From the NCBI GenBank assembly GCA_023248155.1, contig JAHFFE010000007.1, positions 4,401 through 68,400 on the forward strand: a stretch of DNA of 64,000 bases. Reading direction: 5' to 3'. Shown here one piece after another: positions 11,201-20,229 of the stretch; the first letter of the stretch is position 1; every line of letters begins with the position of its first letter. The stretch is from Candidatus Omnitrophota bacterium (GTDB lineage: Bacteria; Omnitrophota; Gorgyraeia; 1-14-0-20-64-10). The notes beneath the pieces are model-generated. The model saw only the letters and a program-made list of their open reading frames with translations. It was not told where the DNA came from and did not search any database. The position numbers were made by a program, and so were the translations under genes.

Positions 11201-14200
11201 TCATCCTTGCGACCGACAGCCGGTTTTTTGATTCGGCCATTACCGATGGGCAGGTTTATGATTCCCGCAATGCCCGGGTTCTTTTCCTGACTTCGGATTC
11301 CAACTACGCGCCGAATCTTCCAAGCGGCGATAAAAATCCGGTTCACCGTTCGATCATTGATTCCGGACCTTTGCAATTAGAGGAGTTAACGGAAGCGCAG
11401 GCAAAAGATCCGTCATTGAAAAATCCGGAGGGTGTTTTTACGGTTCTTGACGCGCCTGATTTTCTCTCTAATTTTGGAGCGTTTGCGTTTGGAATCATGC
11501 TGGCGGATGAATTCTCGCATCAGAATGAGGAATCCCTTCGAACTCGTCCCGCCGAAGAGATTAGCCGGTTTAATTTGAGTGCCGAGTCCGCCTCTCCTGC
11601 GGGGGTTCCATTGGACTCTGTTCCTTTGCCGCAGCCGTTGAACAGTCTGGAGACTTTTTTGACCACGAGCGGCGGCCGCCCATTGGGCGAATCAAATCTT
11701 TTTAATCAATTAAGCACTCTGTCGGCAAAGCAATCGATCCAGGGGGTAATGGCTCCTTATCGTGACAGGCCGCAACAGACGGCTGTTTATCTGGCGTTTC
11801 CCTATCAAGATCCGGGTCAGGCTCAAACCGTGCTTACCGGTATTGTTTCAGATGTTGCCAATTTTCTGAAAAAGCGAGACCCAATCATCGATTCCTTTGG
11901 CCGAAGTTACGATGGGATTTTTTATCTGACACTGGTATTTGATAATACAGTCTGGTCTGCCGTTCCCGGCTTGCTTCAGGCAATTCAATCGTCTGTTCAG
12001 GCCCGCGCAGTTCCGGGAGCGCCTGTTTCTATTGATTCTTCCGCGATGCCTGGCACGGGAGTACAATCATCCACGGTATTTACGGGTCTCAGGGAAGGGG
12101 TTGTTGGCGGAGATGCGGCCGCTGAGACGGCCTTTATTGCCGAAATGAACCGGGTGCTTGGATTTGAGCACGTGTCCGATCAGGGGGATGTCGCGAACCA
12201 AATTCTGGAAGGTTATCGCCGGTTCCATGAAACGCGTACTCCTCAGGTTTTCGCGGTGCCCCATCCTTCCGGGGAGGCCAACCGATTCATATTGGCGGCC
12301 ATCGATGAAAATCTTCCCCATTTGGTAAACGCGCATGTGACCGAGCCGCTTGATCGGAGGGAAGGATTGGATTATGCGACATTAGCGGGACAGAGAATCG
12401 ATCATGTCGCCGGATTGATGGTCATGGATGTTCAAAATGTTCTTGCGGATGATATTGCCGCGATCGCCGCGAAAGCTCAGAAATCTTTAAGAGGCGCGGA
12501 TGCTCCCGCCGCGTTCCTCGCGATTTTTGATCCGTTTGAGTACCAACTTCCGGGATCGCCGCTAAAATCTTCTGTCTACGCTGAATTCCTGCTTGTTCAG
12601 GAAGGGGCCAAAGTTCGGACCATCATTTCCGATTATGTTCCTCTTCGTGGGCAACAGAATGCCTTCTCGGTGACCTTTCGGGATGATACCTTATCTGCCG
12701 AAGCGCTTGACCGCGATATTCGCGCGGCCATCACCCGACATGGTTTAAAGATTGCAACCGACCCTGCCGCAAATGAAATGGTATTCTCGGTTGTCTATGA
12801 AGGGGTTCGCTTTATGCGATACATTGTGAATTCCATTACTACCGTAGACGGCAAGCTTGATGAGAGATTGTTAACAACGGTTGAAGAGGTTGACGCCTTT
12901 GTCGCTCCGTCTTCCGCGGACAGTGCCGTGGTGTTGCGCGATCAATTGGTTGAACAGGCGCACCAGGAATTTCTGGCGGACCCCATCCAGGGGATTCATT
13001 TTAAAGCCGAATACGATACGCAAACAAATCAAACGGTTTTGGTTGTTGTCAGTGAAATTGGTCAGCCCAATCTGGTGGCGGCTGTTTCTGCCGTCGTATC
13101 AGAGGCCAAGCTTGATCTTGGGAGAAACTTTGGCGCGCTTTCGGATCGTTCCGGAGAAGATGTGGAGTATTTCATCGTACCGGGCGAAGTGCCGGCCGCG
13201 ACCATTGACCAGATTCAAAACAGACTCTCGGCAACGGTTACGCTTCATTTCCAGAGAGCAGTGTTGGAAGTGCTGCCTTCTTTAAATTCAAACGAAATAG
13301 CTCTCCATTTTCGTGACTTTAGATCCGCGGTTGAGAACGGGGTTGCTTTCCCAACTTTGTTGGCTGAGGGCACTTCCAATCCGGATAAGCAAATCCTCTC
13401 GTTTGCTGTTCGTCAGCCATCCGTTGCTGATATGCGAATACAGTTATTACAATCTATCGTCAGAATTTTCGACTTAAACTCAAACGGGATTACCGGAAAC
13501 ACTTTTTTTGAATACGACGGTGTAATGATCTTCCATGCGAATATCGCAAAAACCGCACTCGGTTCCCCGATTAACGTTGTACAACAGCAGATCACGGAGG
13601 TCTTGCAGCCGTTCAAGGCTGGTTTGGAAGAAACCGCTGGAAAAGCCACCGAGGATCAACGGCTGGATGTGTTGGGCGCCAGCGCACGGTTCCTGCGGGT
13701 TTTGGAGGCGGGCGGTGCCACGGTTACATTCTCCGGTCCTTTGCACGATAACGGTTTGGTTAATTCGTTGGAGGGCGCTGTCAGCGTTGTGAACGCGCAG
13801 CGGCTGGAGGGAGGCGCTTATACGGTGGCAACCTATTACCCGGGTGGTGGAACAAAGACGAGCGCTGTTCTTTTGGAACAGAGGGAATTGCCGGATGTTC
13901 AGGTTAGGGATGTGACCAGCGACTTGAATAATTTGCGCGCCTCAACGGCTGAAGCGGTTACTTTCACTCTGAATCAGGTGCCGGTTGTTTCGAGTCAACA
14001 GGCGATAACCCAGGGATTTGTATTCGGATCTTCAACCGGGCTGGCTCTCGGGGTAGCGTTAAGCCGTGTCCAGGATTCTAACGGGAATCGTTTGCCCGCG
14101 GCTTTTGTGGTAGCCAACGGAGATCAGCGGGCTGTCTTGGAGCGGATCGACGGGATTTCTCCGGAGAGCATCCACGCTACGGCAGACCAGGCCGAAGCGT

Positions 14201-14382
14201 GGCTGTTGGAACAGTATCCGGCTGTTACGTCCGATGCAATTCAGGATTTCGGAATAACGAAACCGGTTTCTCAAACCGTGGTACAGATTTTTGAAATTCT
14301 GTTTGGCATCACGCCGGATGCCGCGCTTCAGTTCCAATTAGAACAGTTAGTTGCCCAGGCCACGCTGGCCTTCCAGGCATAA
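5227..14382 (+). CDS. Giant protein 1 (3051 aa): signal peptide, C39-like peptidase, full GlmS, second SIS pair, ACT-like repeats, shared C-terminal domain
   Basis: C39: CGTHA (5614), HFVQV (5953), WYSEP, FGKRWG. GlmS: CGI (6154), LKYRAPDNTGIAV, GHGRWA, NAHPH, VHNG, SWSGST, GPESSVATTK, EGELKAEE, NPRNLAKSVTV (about 9700). Extra SIS with WHGPLAA (11080). Confidence 0.85.
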   Translation: MRIFQRERYRTIIAFITILSISFTQALPAWALRPGIEGRSQGGLEESLRGGTALSASSSTALQAVFSAVGQIEDQEGQLPATTREIVISLLDQLEQTDPTIAAKVGNRAAVLSQMDELLSKAPNETCLTCGTHAVSNVAFSSAERAKPEGLQSDRFNDTEVLTAILIVLDLINSGRVLSLSESDGHQVLANSMLSLRQALNMLEDRLPSQDRKLWTGAEIKQADMERLLKDGYQVVAHLDGDHFVQVTRVEGGRVWYSEPRTAQFDAESQLSIRDFGKRWGRGVVLTNGRIPSSRTTLADSALLNLQGCCGINTVFGQNGGVRSLLDALLRLKYRAPDNTGIAVMTENGIQVVRVGKDVQGHGDGAPDTMVALLYNNPIYPEAVPLAVEWGKKNRAGQQFHTELEKAVKEGIDDFREALKLSNAPRKETLLKSAAGHFARAEQYKEQLTVMAVQQVRDTGKKLLDDEGLPDRRAELKGDASTLRNLFSTGIDAVTVHIGQVGGIWAGDQFLIRHDNLRQLVEKISAAFGLNEEFVRLFLRVELSNVTTERFGENSAQAGAVLEVFDRLSYSAVLGTLTNDQQAEWDQKVMKYLLGRWLKVPSDFNVDAVRHVFRAQASLLGMISPRDENPSLHPEFLSELAKEFDRRMPSRKGQFMAYWKRERDLNQPGHAFAALNEVFHKWAYQYKVDLWDANSKSYKQVQLLDQQQYRVLAGTGQASAATVRLIGELVVGHGRWAMTGDPSRWNAHPHESRDMVLVHNGTINGITNATLKTEHNTNGLAAAYHENGNLEGPEILTDTRIIVTHWQYLQDKAAADLESGRMGEDLIYADESDEGTALGTRLEKKGEGDDAVTGSKTTGRVREWNAIVRNLRSSGRQHISENEVAVRLAMTEMAEGSEIGVSANSLHDPFVTYVVSHDRPVDIVIHEGKVLVTSDMAAGIALFPAADVSRAAQELSRMHRRLQSELEDLRQRRDENDLTPEEYVVEVKQAFAAYKKSANPIKEKFKIDVYHLKELNKFAAIRRVVNSAGEIELSVDISHLDGTPLTEKEWNKEAKFEKAKVDPDVGVKGGYATFIEKHVDEIPSILLDDATSYIEVDDGRPARVHLPDIKTDKLTGRFGPKLERLRRVFLIGVGSSWRDAKIVEQMFGDLLQGVELVQISVQDPVEIQNLGIKLNPETDLAIGMSWSGSTASMVKLFNRLSSGEDQGQDVPLIAVTGKTSSDMASVAKRSAGYVDVQSGPESSVATTKGFESVLYCLCLLGVQLSQMQGNDSLVSARTQYVQELWDLVDQHMDALVREPGKSSGQKERSTAKVENPQERSKVQKVADAWHSRQKVLVIGSRANPVYVEGELKAEEIAWTVGKAADIRDDSWRSLLENSADPHVTESERVATIFNMTDPGTLDQFIKAIREVTDQGIQVVVQTFQKDNSHYAELQRMEQEGRIALFEVPRVRTTLQALVDAIFFFQFSIAFARSHGLTDPQIDNPRNLAKSVTVSGARSLEELVRNSATRVVKVDDITGRLDALQRIYSVYRSGLAARWAELRSARQQAGARLSVLLNGLVREWFGKLAKPNEPQSLWPEASQRDRAERLLARFKQAANADNPTAKVLIVTDEEATQYAGEAAAGVYGSREVVVSGEHKDLYDADKGIKIRAGKWYYRASYDVVAENYTLKFDAKLNPYANPGEQPADAGPIVIVKGQQQVSLNGKQYRVDQGSFLKDPKEKDKLVSGLQMRAEQPDLLLAGVENIRVVRATDPNVDQMVDQDTVVVLVSRARNRGSDNNKDTLLTKPDTRKQLPIPSNAQSEQTMRALADRLAKKAIPLVTIADRDSLLEDPSLDEVRVTHFSLGSDFTSSSVYPSTYVALLAAGVRMGDILGRDVQPVARSLFAVPGMVSNVLGSEQLQKHLEQVLYRVRGYKKVHIIGGGQSYADAKELARVLSTLGIFAEAQLNDSAWHGPLAAADPNRRKYGEPGSDAYKYKYGVNDGYDTDGDTLVVILATDSRFFDSAITDGQVYDSRNARVLFLTSDSNYAPNLPSGDKNPVHRSIIDSGPLQLEELTEAQAKDPSLKNPEGVFTVLDAPDFLSNFGAFAFGIMLADEFSHQNEESLRTRPAEEISRFNLSAESASPAGVPLDSVPLPQPLNSLETFLTTSGGRPLGESNLFNQLSTLSAKQSIQGVMAPYRDRPQQTAVYLAFPYQDPGQAQTVLTGIVSDVANFLKKRDPIIDSFGRSYDGIFYLTLVFDNTVWSAVPGLLQAIQSSVQARAVPGAPVSIDSSAMPGTGVQSSTVFTGLREGVVGGDAAAETAFIAEMNRVLGFEHVSDQGDVANQILEGYRRFHETRTPQVFAVPHPSGEANRFILAAIDENLPHLVNAHVTEPLDRREGLDYATLAGQRIDHVAGLMVMDVQNVLADDIAAIAAKAQKSLRGADAPAAFLAIFDPFEYQLPGSPLKSSVYAEFLLVQEGAKVRTIISDYVPLRGQQNAFSVTFRDDTLSAEALDRDIRAAITRHGLKIATDPAANEMVFSVVYEGVRFMRYIVNSITTVDGKLDERLLTTVEEVDAFVAPSSADSAVVLRDQLVEQAHQEFLADPIQGIHFKAEYDTQTNQTVLVVVSEIGQPNLVAAVSAVVSEAKLDLGRNFGALSDRSGEDVEYFIVPGEVPAATIDQIQNRLSATVTLHFQRAVLEVLPSLNSNEIALHFRDFRSAVENGVAFPTLLAEGTSNPDKQILSFAVRQPSVADMRIQLLQSIVRIFDLNSNGITGNTFFEYDGVMIFHANIAKTALGSPINVVQQQITEVLQPFKAGLEETAGKATEDQRLDVLGASARFLRVLEAGGATVTFSGPLHDNGLVNSLEGAVSVVNAQRLEGGAYTVATYYPGGGTKTSAVLLEQRELPDVQVRDVTSDLNNLRASTAEAVTFTLNQVPVVSSQQAITQGFVFGSSTGLALGVALSRVQDSNGNRLPAAFVVANGDQRAVLERIDGISPESIHATADQAEAWLLEQYPAVTSDAIQDFGITKPVSQTVVQIFEILFGITPDAALQFQLEQLVAQATLAFQA

Positions 14383-14386
14383 AAAA

Positions 14387-17300
14387 ATGAAAATAAAATT
14401 TTCTCCGGTTTTTAAGAGATTTGCAGGCTGGCTTGCAATCGTTTCATTAACACTTTTGCAGGCAGTACCCAGTTATGCTCTACGCCCCCTTGCTGCCGGA
14501 CAGGAAGAGCGAACTCAAAGCAGTTTGAAGCAGTCACTGCGTTTATCAGCTGGGAATGCCACCTCCGGTTTTGAGGAAATTCCTGCTGAAGTTGCTGCAG
14601 AAGCTGAACTGCGCAGATGGAAAGAAGATAAAGGCACTGGCTTCTTTATTACTCCTCAGGGCGGACGGGTGGCAATTCATACCAATGTTCCTGGATTGGA
14701 TGTAAATATTTTCTCGATTGATCGGGAAGCTCAGATCTACTCCACCGCTGTTGTGCTTGGTGAGCAAACGGTTCTCAAGAAGGGCGCCCAGGTGTATGGC
14801 ATCGTGCAAGACGCGGAAGTGCATGAGAATGCCGTCCAGCGCGGTATTTTAAGAACGCTTGTTTCGTTGGCTGAGGATTGGAATCCGAAATTTTTGGGAG
14901 CGCAAGTTCCTTCTGATCCGGCGATTATGACAAAGATCAGCGGCAAAGAAGTCATCAAATCCGTTCTGGGCAAGGGAGCCCGTATTGAAACCAATGAGGT
15001 GGAATTAATCAACACCCATGTTGATTCGGTGGATGACGATAACTATCGAACTATTTTAGGATTGGGCGGCATGTACCAGAATGTTGAGATCGGCGCTGGA
15101 AACCGCCACGTGGGTCAGGGGCGCATCAAGGTCATGTTCCCCACCCGGTTTGAAGATCTGGTAACGGTTATGGCCGATGAGGGAGTGGTGCAAGAGTTCG
15201 CCGAGGCGCGAATTCCGATGGGCCGCACCTACGCGGGCGATGCGCATGGATATATTGAGTTTACAGGCTCTAATGGTTATTTGTGGATGGACGGGGTTGG
15301 CACTGTTCACGAAGTCAGCAATCTGCCCTCCGTGGGTGTTTCTATTGGTGAGATCTTTGCCAGCTTTGACGGCACTCTTCCGCTGAAGGAAGCTACCATT
15401 CCGAAATTGACTTCAAAGCAAGGAAGCGGCCACTGGTGGGTTGGCGGTGGGGCCGGGACGATTTCCGCGGGAGCGGTAGTCATTGGTCTTCACCATGGCG
15501 CTGTAACGGAAACCGGTGATCTTTTGAAGGCGTCCAATGTCACCGCGCCGGCTGGTTTTGTTGTGTTACAAAATTCAGTGACGGGCATCCCTTTTCCGGG
15601 TAGTCATGTTACCGGTTTGAGCCAAACCAAACAGCAGAATCCTCTGTGGGTGTTCCGTGAGCATCCCGAAGTGGTCTGGGGGTTGGTCTATGAAGCATGG
15701 CAACAGGCCAAGCGGGTGGCCGAATTGCGGGCCATACAAAATACTGAGTTTGATAAAAATGCCTACCTGAAACAAGCGGCCATCGATTTGGCCCAGTGGC
15801 CGCAGAGAATGCTTTCTACTGTTTCCGCATTGGCAGGGCAAAGGAATCGTTCGGATGTAAAGCAGCAGGCCGATTCATTAAGAAAACAATTCAGCATGGA
15901 AGCGAATACTCCGCAGCTGTTGGACCAGTTGGTTGAAGGGACAACCGCAAAGACAAATGGGTACAGCGATGCGGTTGCGTTGGCAAGAAAGCTGTGGAGT
16001 GAAAGCCCTCTCTCTAAAAAAGATGCCGTGGTTCGAGATGCTTTGAAACAGCATGTTTTATGGTCCGATCAGGATCGCCGTTTTTTTGAGAACGGAGCGC
16101 AATCTCCCATAGTTCAATCGTCCGTAGAAAAAGACCCAACCGCTGTTGTGATCGGATCCAATCGCTTGACGGGCAACACTTACTTGGGCCGGGGCGTCAT
16201 CGTCGTGGGTTCTGAACTGCACGATGTTCGCGTGGAGGGTGTTTCCGAAGCCGATTATGCGGCTGGCAAGAGGGTTCTGGTGATTAACAGCCGTGTTCAG
16301 CGGACTTCTGTTGGAGAGGGAACTTCTCTGGTTCAAGTGGTTGCCGACGGCATGAAATTGGGCAAGAATTCAGATTTCAGACTTTCACGGCTGGAGCGCG
16401 GCGCTGTCGGGGATCAATCATGGGCCTCAGGCGCTTATTTTGTAAATTCCGCTGTCGGCAGTAAAGCCGAATTGAAAACAGGTTCCTACACATTCAATAC
16501 GACCGCCGGAAACACGGTAATCATTGGCGGTATTCTAATGGAGTCCGTCGTTGGAGACGGTTATGTGATGAACCATGCCGGAGCGGCCGGTTTTGGTGTG
16601 CGTGCTTCGAACATTCCTGTTAAGAATGAGACTGGAAAATTATTGGGAACAGTGCCTAATCCGACCAACCATTCCGACGGGGTGTTGATGGGAGATCCTT
16701 CTAAAGGCCCGGATCAGGTCTTTCTAGACGGGCATGTAATGATGGGCGCTCACGCCTGGCTGAAAACGGTTACGGACGATGGGGAATTAAATCCGGTCCA
16801 TATCGGGGCCGGTTCTTTTGTAAAAGGATTTGTTCCGCCGGGGCAGAGGGTTATCCCGCTTCAGTTCTTTGACGCGGCAGTCAACGGGAGTGCGAATCCT
16901 TCTCTGGTGCTGGATCGTCTTGGGCCATCCTTCATTCAGTTTTTGATCGGTTATCCGCTGCGTAAAGCTAATCCTGATCAGGCGCAGCTGGTTGCTTATT
17001 TGATGCCGACATTGATCCGCGAAGCCATTGCTCAATGGGATCAATACGGCAAAGCCATGGGTTTTTCGCCCGAGCAAATAGCTGCTGTGAAAGCACAGCT
17101 GTCCGACGAGCATTTGAACAGCGGCAATTGGAATTCGGTTTGGGATCCGGGCCGATCTGCGCCAGAGGCAGTCCAGCCGGGGCTGGTTCTTCAAGTTCCG
17201 TTGTTTAAAACTCCTGACAACAAATATGCTTTTGGCGGACCCAAACCTTCCGTTGATTCAAAAAAACCTGTTGTTTCGCTGGAGTCGGTGCCTGTCCAAA

Positions 17301-20224
17301 ATCGCGTTCTTGCCATTGAGTTGGGAGGCACATTCATACGGGTGGCTTTGGTGGACAATCGTGGTGATGGGAAAATTCTACTGACCGTTCCGGATGCGCA
17401 AATCGCGTTTATCCCGAATGTAGTTCATAGCGACGCATCCCAGAGACAGACGGTTCTGGATCAGATTGCGGCACAGGAACAGGCGCTCCTGAGGGCAGCC
17501 GGAATTGACGCTGCACAAATTGGTAAAAAAGCTGTCAGTTCTCCCGGTATTATCGATCCAAGCGGATTCGTGAACCTTCAATATAACTTGCCGTTTACCG
17601 GACAGAGCCTAGCGCAATTGCTGCAGGCAGATGTCATGAACGACATGGTAGCCGCTGTCTTTTCGGAAGCCACACCGGCAGCTTTTGAAGGGGTGGGCCG
17701 TGTTTTCTATGCGACTATTTCCAGCGGTGTTGGTGCGGCAGATATCGATAAATCAGGTCAGGTAACGAATCGTGAACTCGGAGGGCTTGCAGTACCCGGA
17801 GGCAAGTTGGAAGATTTTGTATCAGGAATCGCATTGGGCAATCTTGCTCGTCAAAAAGTCGAACAGCAGGCTGAAGGGTTTCAGAGGATTCTTCAGTTGG
17901 CGGATGGAGATAAGCAAAAAATTGAGGGAGTAACGGTCGGACTGGCTTTTGCCGAGGGAAATCCGGTTGCCGTTGAATTGGTCAATAACGCGGCTCGAAT
18001 ATTAGCTGATGGAATCGTGAGCATGACTCGTACTGTTGCGGATGGACAGCCTGAGTCTGTCCGATGGATTCTTGGCGGCGGAGTCGGCCAGGGAATCGGC
18101 CAGAGATTCCTCTCTTTGGTAGATGAGCAAGTGCGGAAAAATTTGGGGCCCTCTTCTGACTTGAAAATATTTATCCAGTTGTCTACTCAAAACCCGCAGG
18201 AGCGCGGGTTGGTGGGTGCGGCTCGAAAAACCGCCGCTGGCCAGGAAGAGACCATTACGCTGGAATCGGCCGCGCAGATCGTACGCGGTTGGGATCAACT
18301 GCAGTTGGCTCAGCAACAGGCGGTGGTACAGTCGTTGGCCGATCACGGCTACACGACGGAAAAACATCTCCGCAATAGCGGATTGGTCGTGAACGGATCT
18401 TCGGATCTGCCGGCCAGTTTCGTGGCGTTCCCGCCGGTCGTGGATGGCACGCCGCGGGGAAACGAGCGTGAAAATTTACTGGCGACTGGATTGTCTCCAG
18501 CTGTGTTGCAGAAGCAGGGCGTGATTATCGCTGCGGCAGGGGAAGGGTCCCGTCTTTTGCAGGCCGCAATTGAGCAACAATTGTTGCCGTCCGATGGCGC
18601 CGATATTTACACAAAACCGACAGCTCCGGTCACTCCGGTTCGCGGGCAGTCCACGCTGGGATACCAACTTGAAACTTTGGCCGACATGGCCGCCACGCAC
18701 GGTGTTTCCATGCCGGTTCGCGTGGTTTTGCATCCTGAAGTCGGCCGCAAAGTGGCCGACTGGATCGCGGCCAATCGAAATTTCGGGCTGCAGCATCTGG
18801 AGCTTGTTTTTCAGGGGATGAATCCGGCGCTGGATGAAACGGGGCAGATTGTTTTGCGCGATGATAATACCGTTTCGTTTAATCCGGACGGGACCGGCGG
18901 TGTGGTTCAAGCGGCGTTGGCCAACCGCGGCGAGCAATGGTTTTTGAATCAGCTGGGGCAGGATGGGCGCGTTCAGGTGATCAACGGCGATATGCTGCTT
19001 GAAGCCAACCTGGTTGGATTAGTCGCCGGGGTCGGCGAGACAAAACCGGTGGTAGGCATCGGCTATAGATACCCTCTGGAGAAAGAATCTCCCACAGGTC
19101 CGCACCGGTTCAAACTGGGGACATTCACGGTGTTGAATGAAGGAGGTCGAACGGTTGCAAAAATTGTTGAGTACAAAGAGCGCGGATTGGTAACTGGCAT
19201 GGCGGGTGCCGTTGTAACCGCCGAACAAGCAGGAACACCGATTATAGCCAACAGCGGTGTTTACGCGTTCCCGGTTGCCGGTCTGGCGGCAAAGACCGCT
19301 GATTTGGTTCCGCATCATCAGAAAGATAAAGATGCGGCCGGGGTGGCTGAAAAAGTTCAAAAGGTTGAAAATTTTGCTACCGATATTCCTGCGACATTCT
19401 CGTCTGATCAAGTTGGGATTTTGTCGGTCGATCAGGCTGTTTTAACGCCTGTCAAAGATGCAGCCGCTCTGAAGCAGGTTCGTGACGGGGCCGTTGCTCG
19501 CGAGCGAGCGCGTGCCCAGGCGCTGGGAATTAAATTGTCGGACCGGGCAAGCGTGGAATTTCATCCGGCGTTATTGACGGCGGGTCGGGTTCAAATCGGA
19601 AAAAATGTTCGTGTTGAAGGCAATGTCGGTATTTATTTCGGGCCGAATGGCGTAACGCTTTACAGACAGGCTCAACCGGATAAACCCTGGGAACCGTTTG
19701 CCATGGATCAGACCGAGACTCTCCGGTTTGCGTCTTCCGCCGCCGGCGTAGTCATTCGAATTCCGGACAATACGGTCTTTTCTGAAACAGGCATTACCGC
19801 GGGCGCGGAAGAGCGTGGTCAATTGCCGTCGGCGACGGTGCAGCGCGCGAATGTGGGCGTGGTGGCCGCTACACCACGCGGATTGGCCCTTGGTGTGGCG
19901 ATCCAACAAGGCGTACAGGGTGTGGAAGTGGCGTTCGTGGCTGATAATGAAGCGCAGGCATCGGGATTGGAAGAACGCGGCGTCCGTCGTTCGGCGATCT
20001 TTCTTGCGCCGCAGTATGGGTCGGTTTCAGCGGCTGCCGATGCTGCAACGGAATGGCTTTCAGCGAAAGGTTTCAGCGCACAACCGCTGGGTGTTAATGG
20101 TCCCGTCACAGGCCGGATTGAACTTGTTTTATCGGGATTGGGTATTCAGTTGGCGGCTGGCGCCGAAGAGATTTGGAACAACTTCGTTAACAATGTTACT
20201 GCGGCAATGAGCGCCCAGGCATAA
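14387..20224 (+). CDS. Giant protein 2 (about 1945 aa): signal peptide, duplicated left-handed beta-helix-like region, ROK kinase, UDPGP-family pyrophosphorylase, shared C-terminal domain
   Basis: ATG 14387 lies 4 nt after the previous stop. Hexapeptide-like repeats; ROK motifs VLAIELGGT, MNDMVAA, ISSGVG, LGGGV, GLVGAA; UDPGP motifs AAGEGSRL, NPDGTGG, NSG, KVENFATD, PVKD. Confidence 0.8.
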   Translation: MKIKFSPVFKRFAGWLAIVSLTLLQAVPSYALRPLAAGQEERTQSSLKQSLRLSAGNATSGFEEIPAEVAAEAELRRWKEDKGTGFFITPQGGRVAIHTNVPGLDVNIFSIDREAQIYSTAVVLGEQTVLKKGAQVYGIVQDAEVHENAVQRGILRTLVSLAEDWNPKFLGAQVPSDPAIMTKISGKEVIKSVLGKGARIETNEVELINTHVDSVDDDNYRTILGLGGMYQNVEIGAGNRHVGQGRIKVMFPTRFEDLVTVMADEGVVQEFAEARIPMGRTYAGDAHGYIEFTGSNGYLWMDGVGTVHEVSNLPSVGVSIGEIFASFDGTLPLKEATIPKLTSKQGSGHWWVGGGAGTISAGAVVIGLHHGAVTETGDLLKASNVTAPAGFVVLQNSVTGIPFPGSHVTGLSQTKQQNPLWVFREHPEVVWGLVYEAWQQAKRVAELRAIQNTEFDKNAYLKQAAIDLAQWPQRMLSTVSALAGQRNRSDVKQQADSLRKQFSMEANTPQLLDQLVEGTTAKTNGYSDAVALARKLWSESPLSKKDAVVRDALKQHVLWSDQDRRFFENGAQSPIVQSSVEKDPTAVVIGSNRLTGNTYLGRGVIVVGSELHDVRVEGVSEADYAAGKRVLVINSRVQRTSVGEGTSLVQVVADGMKLGKNSDFRLSRLERGAVGDQSWASGAYFVNSAVGSKAELKTGSYTFNTTAGNTVIIGGILMESVVGDGYVMNHAGAAGFGVRASNIPVKNETGKLLGTVPNPTNHSDGVLMGDPSKGPDQVFLDGHVMMGAHAWLKTVTDDGELNPVHIGAGSFVKGFVPPGQRVIPLQFFDAAVNGSANPSLVLDRLGPSFIQFLIGYPLRKANPDQAQLVAYLMPTLIREAIAQWDQYGKAMGFSPEQIAAVKAQLSDEHLNSGNWNSVWDPGRSAPEAVQPGLVLQVPLFKTPDNKYAFGGPKPSVDSKKPVVSLESVPVQNRVLAIELGGTFIRVALVDNRGDGKILLTVPDAQIAFIPNVVHSDASQRQTVLDQIAAQEQALLRAAGIDAAQIGKKAVSSPGIIDPSGFVNLQYNLPFTGQSLAQLLQADVMNDMVAAVFSEATPAAFEGVGRVFYATISSGVGAADIDKSGQVTNRELGGLAVPGGKLEDFVSGIALGNLARQKVEQQAEGFQRILQLADGDKQKIEGVTVGLAFAEGNPVAVELVNNAARILADGIVSMTRTVADGQPESVRWILGGGVGQGIGQRFLSLVDEQVRKNLGPSSDLKIFIQLSTQNPQERGLVGAARKTAAGQEETITLESAAQIVRGWDQLQLAQQQAVVQSLADHGYTTEKHLRNSGLVVNGSSDLPASFVAFPPVVDGTPRGNERENLLATGLSPAVLQKQGVIIAAAGEGSRLLQAAIEQQLLPSDGADIYTKPTAPVTPVRGQSTLGYQLETLADMAATHGVSMPVRVVLHPEVGRKVADWIAANRNFGLQHLELVFQGMNPALDETGQIVLRDDNTVSFNPDGTGGVVQAALANRGEQWFLNQLGQDGRVQVINGDMLLEANLVGLVAGVGETKPVVGIGYRYPLEKESPTGPHRFKLGTFTVLNEGGRTVAKIVEYKERGLVTGMAGAVVTAEQAGTPIIANSGVYAFPVAGLAAKTADLVPHHQKDKDAAGVAEKVQKVENFATDIPATFSSDQVGILSVDQAVLTPVKDAAALKQVRDGAVARERARAQALGIKLSDRASVEFHPALLTAGRVQIGKNVRVEGNVGIYFGPNGVTLYRQAQPDKPWEPFAMDQTETLRFASSAAGVVIRIPDNTVFSETGITAGAEERGQLPSATVQRANVGVVAATPRGLALGVAIQQGVQGVEVAFVADNEAQASGLEERGVRRSAIFLAPQYGSVSAAADAATEWLSAKGFSAQPLGVNGPVTGRIELVLSGLGIQLAAGAEEIWNNFVNNVTAAMSAQA

Positions 20225-20229
20225 TCGTA

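Noticed and set aside
14370-14395. A7 run as a frameshift joining giant proteins 1 and 2
   Set aside because: The run overlaps and follows the stop codon; protein 1 ends with the shared tail and protein 2 has its own signal peptide.
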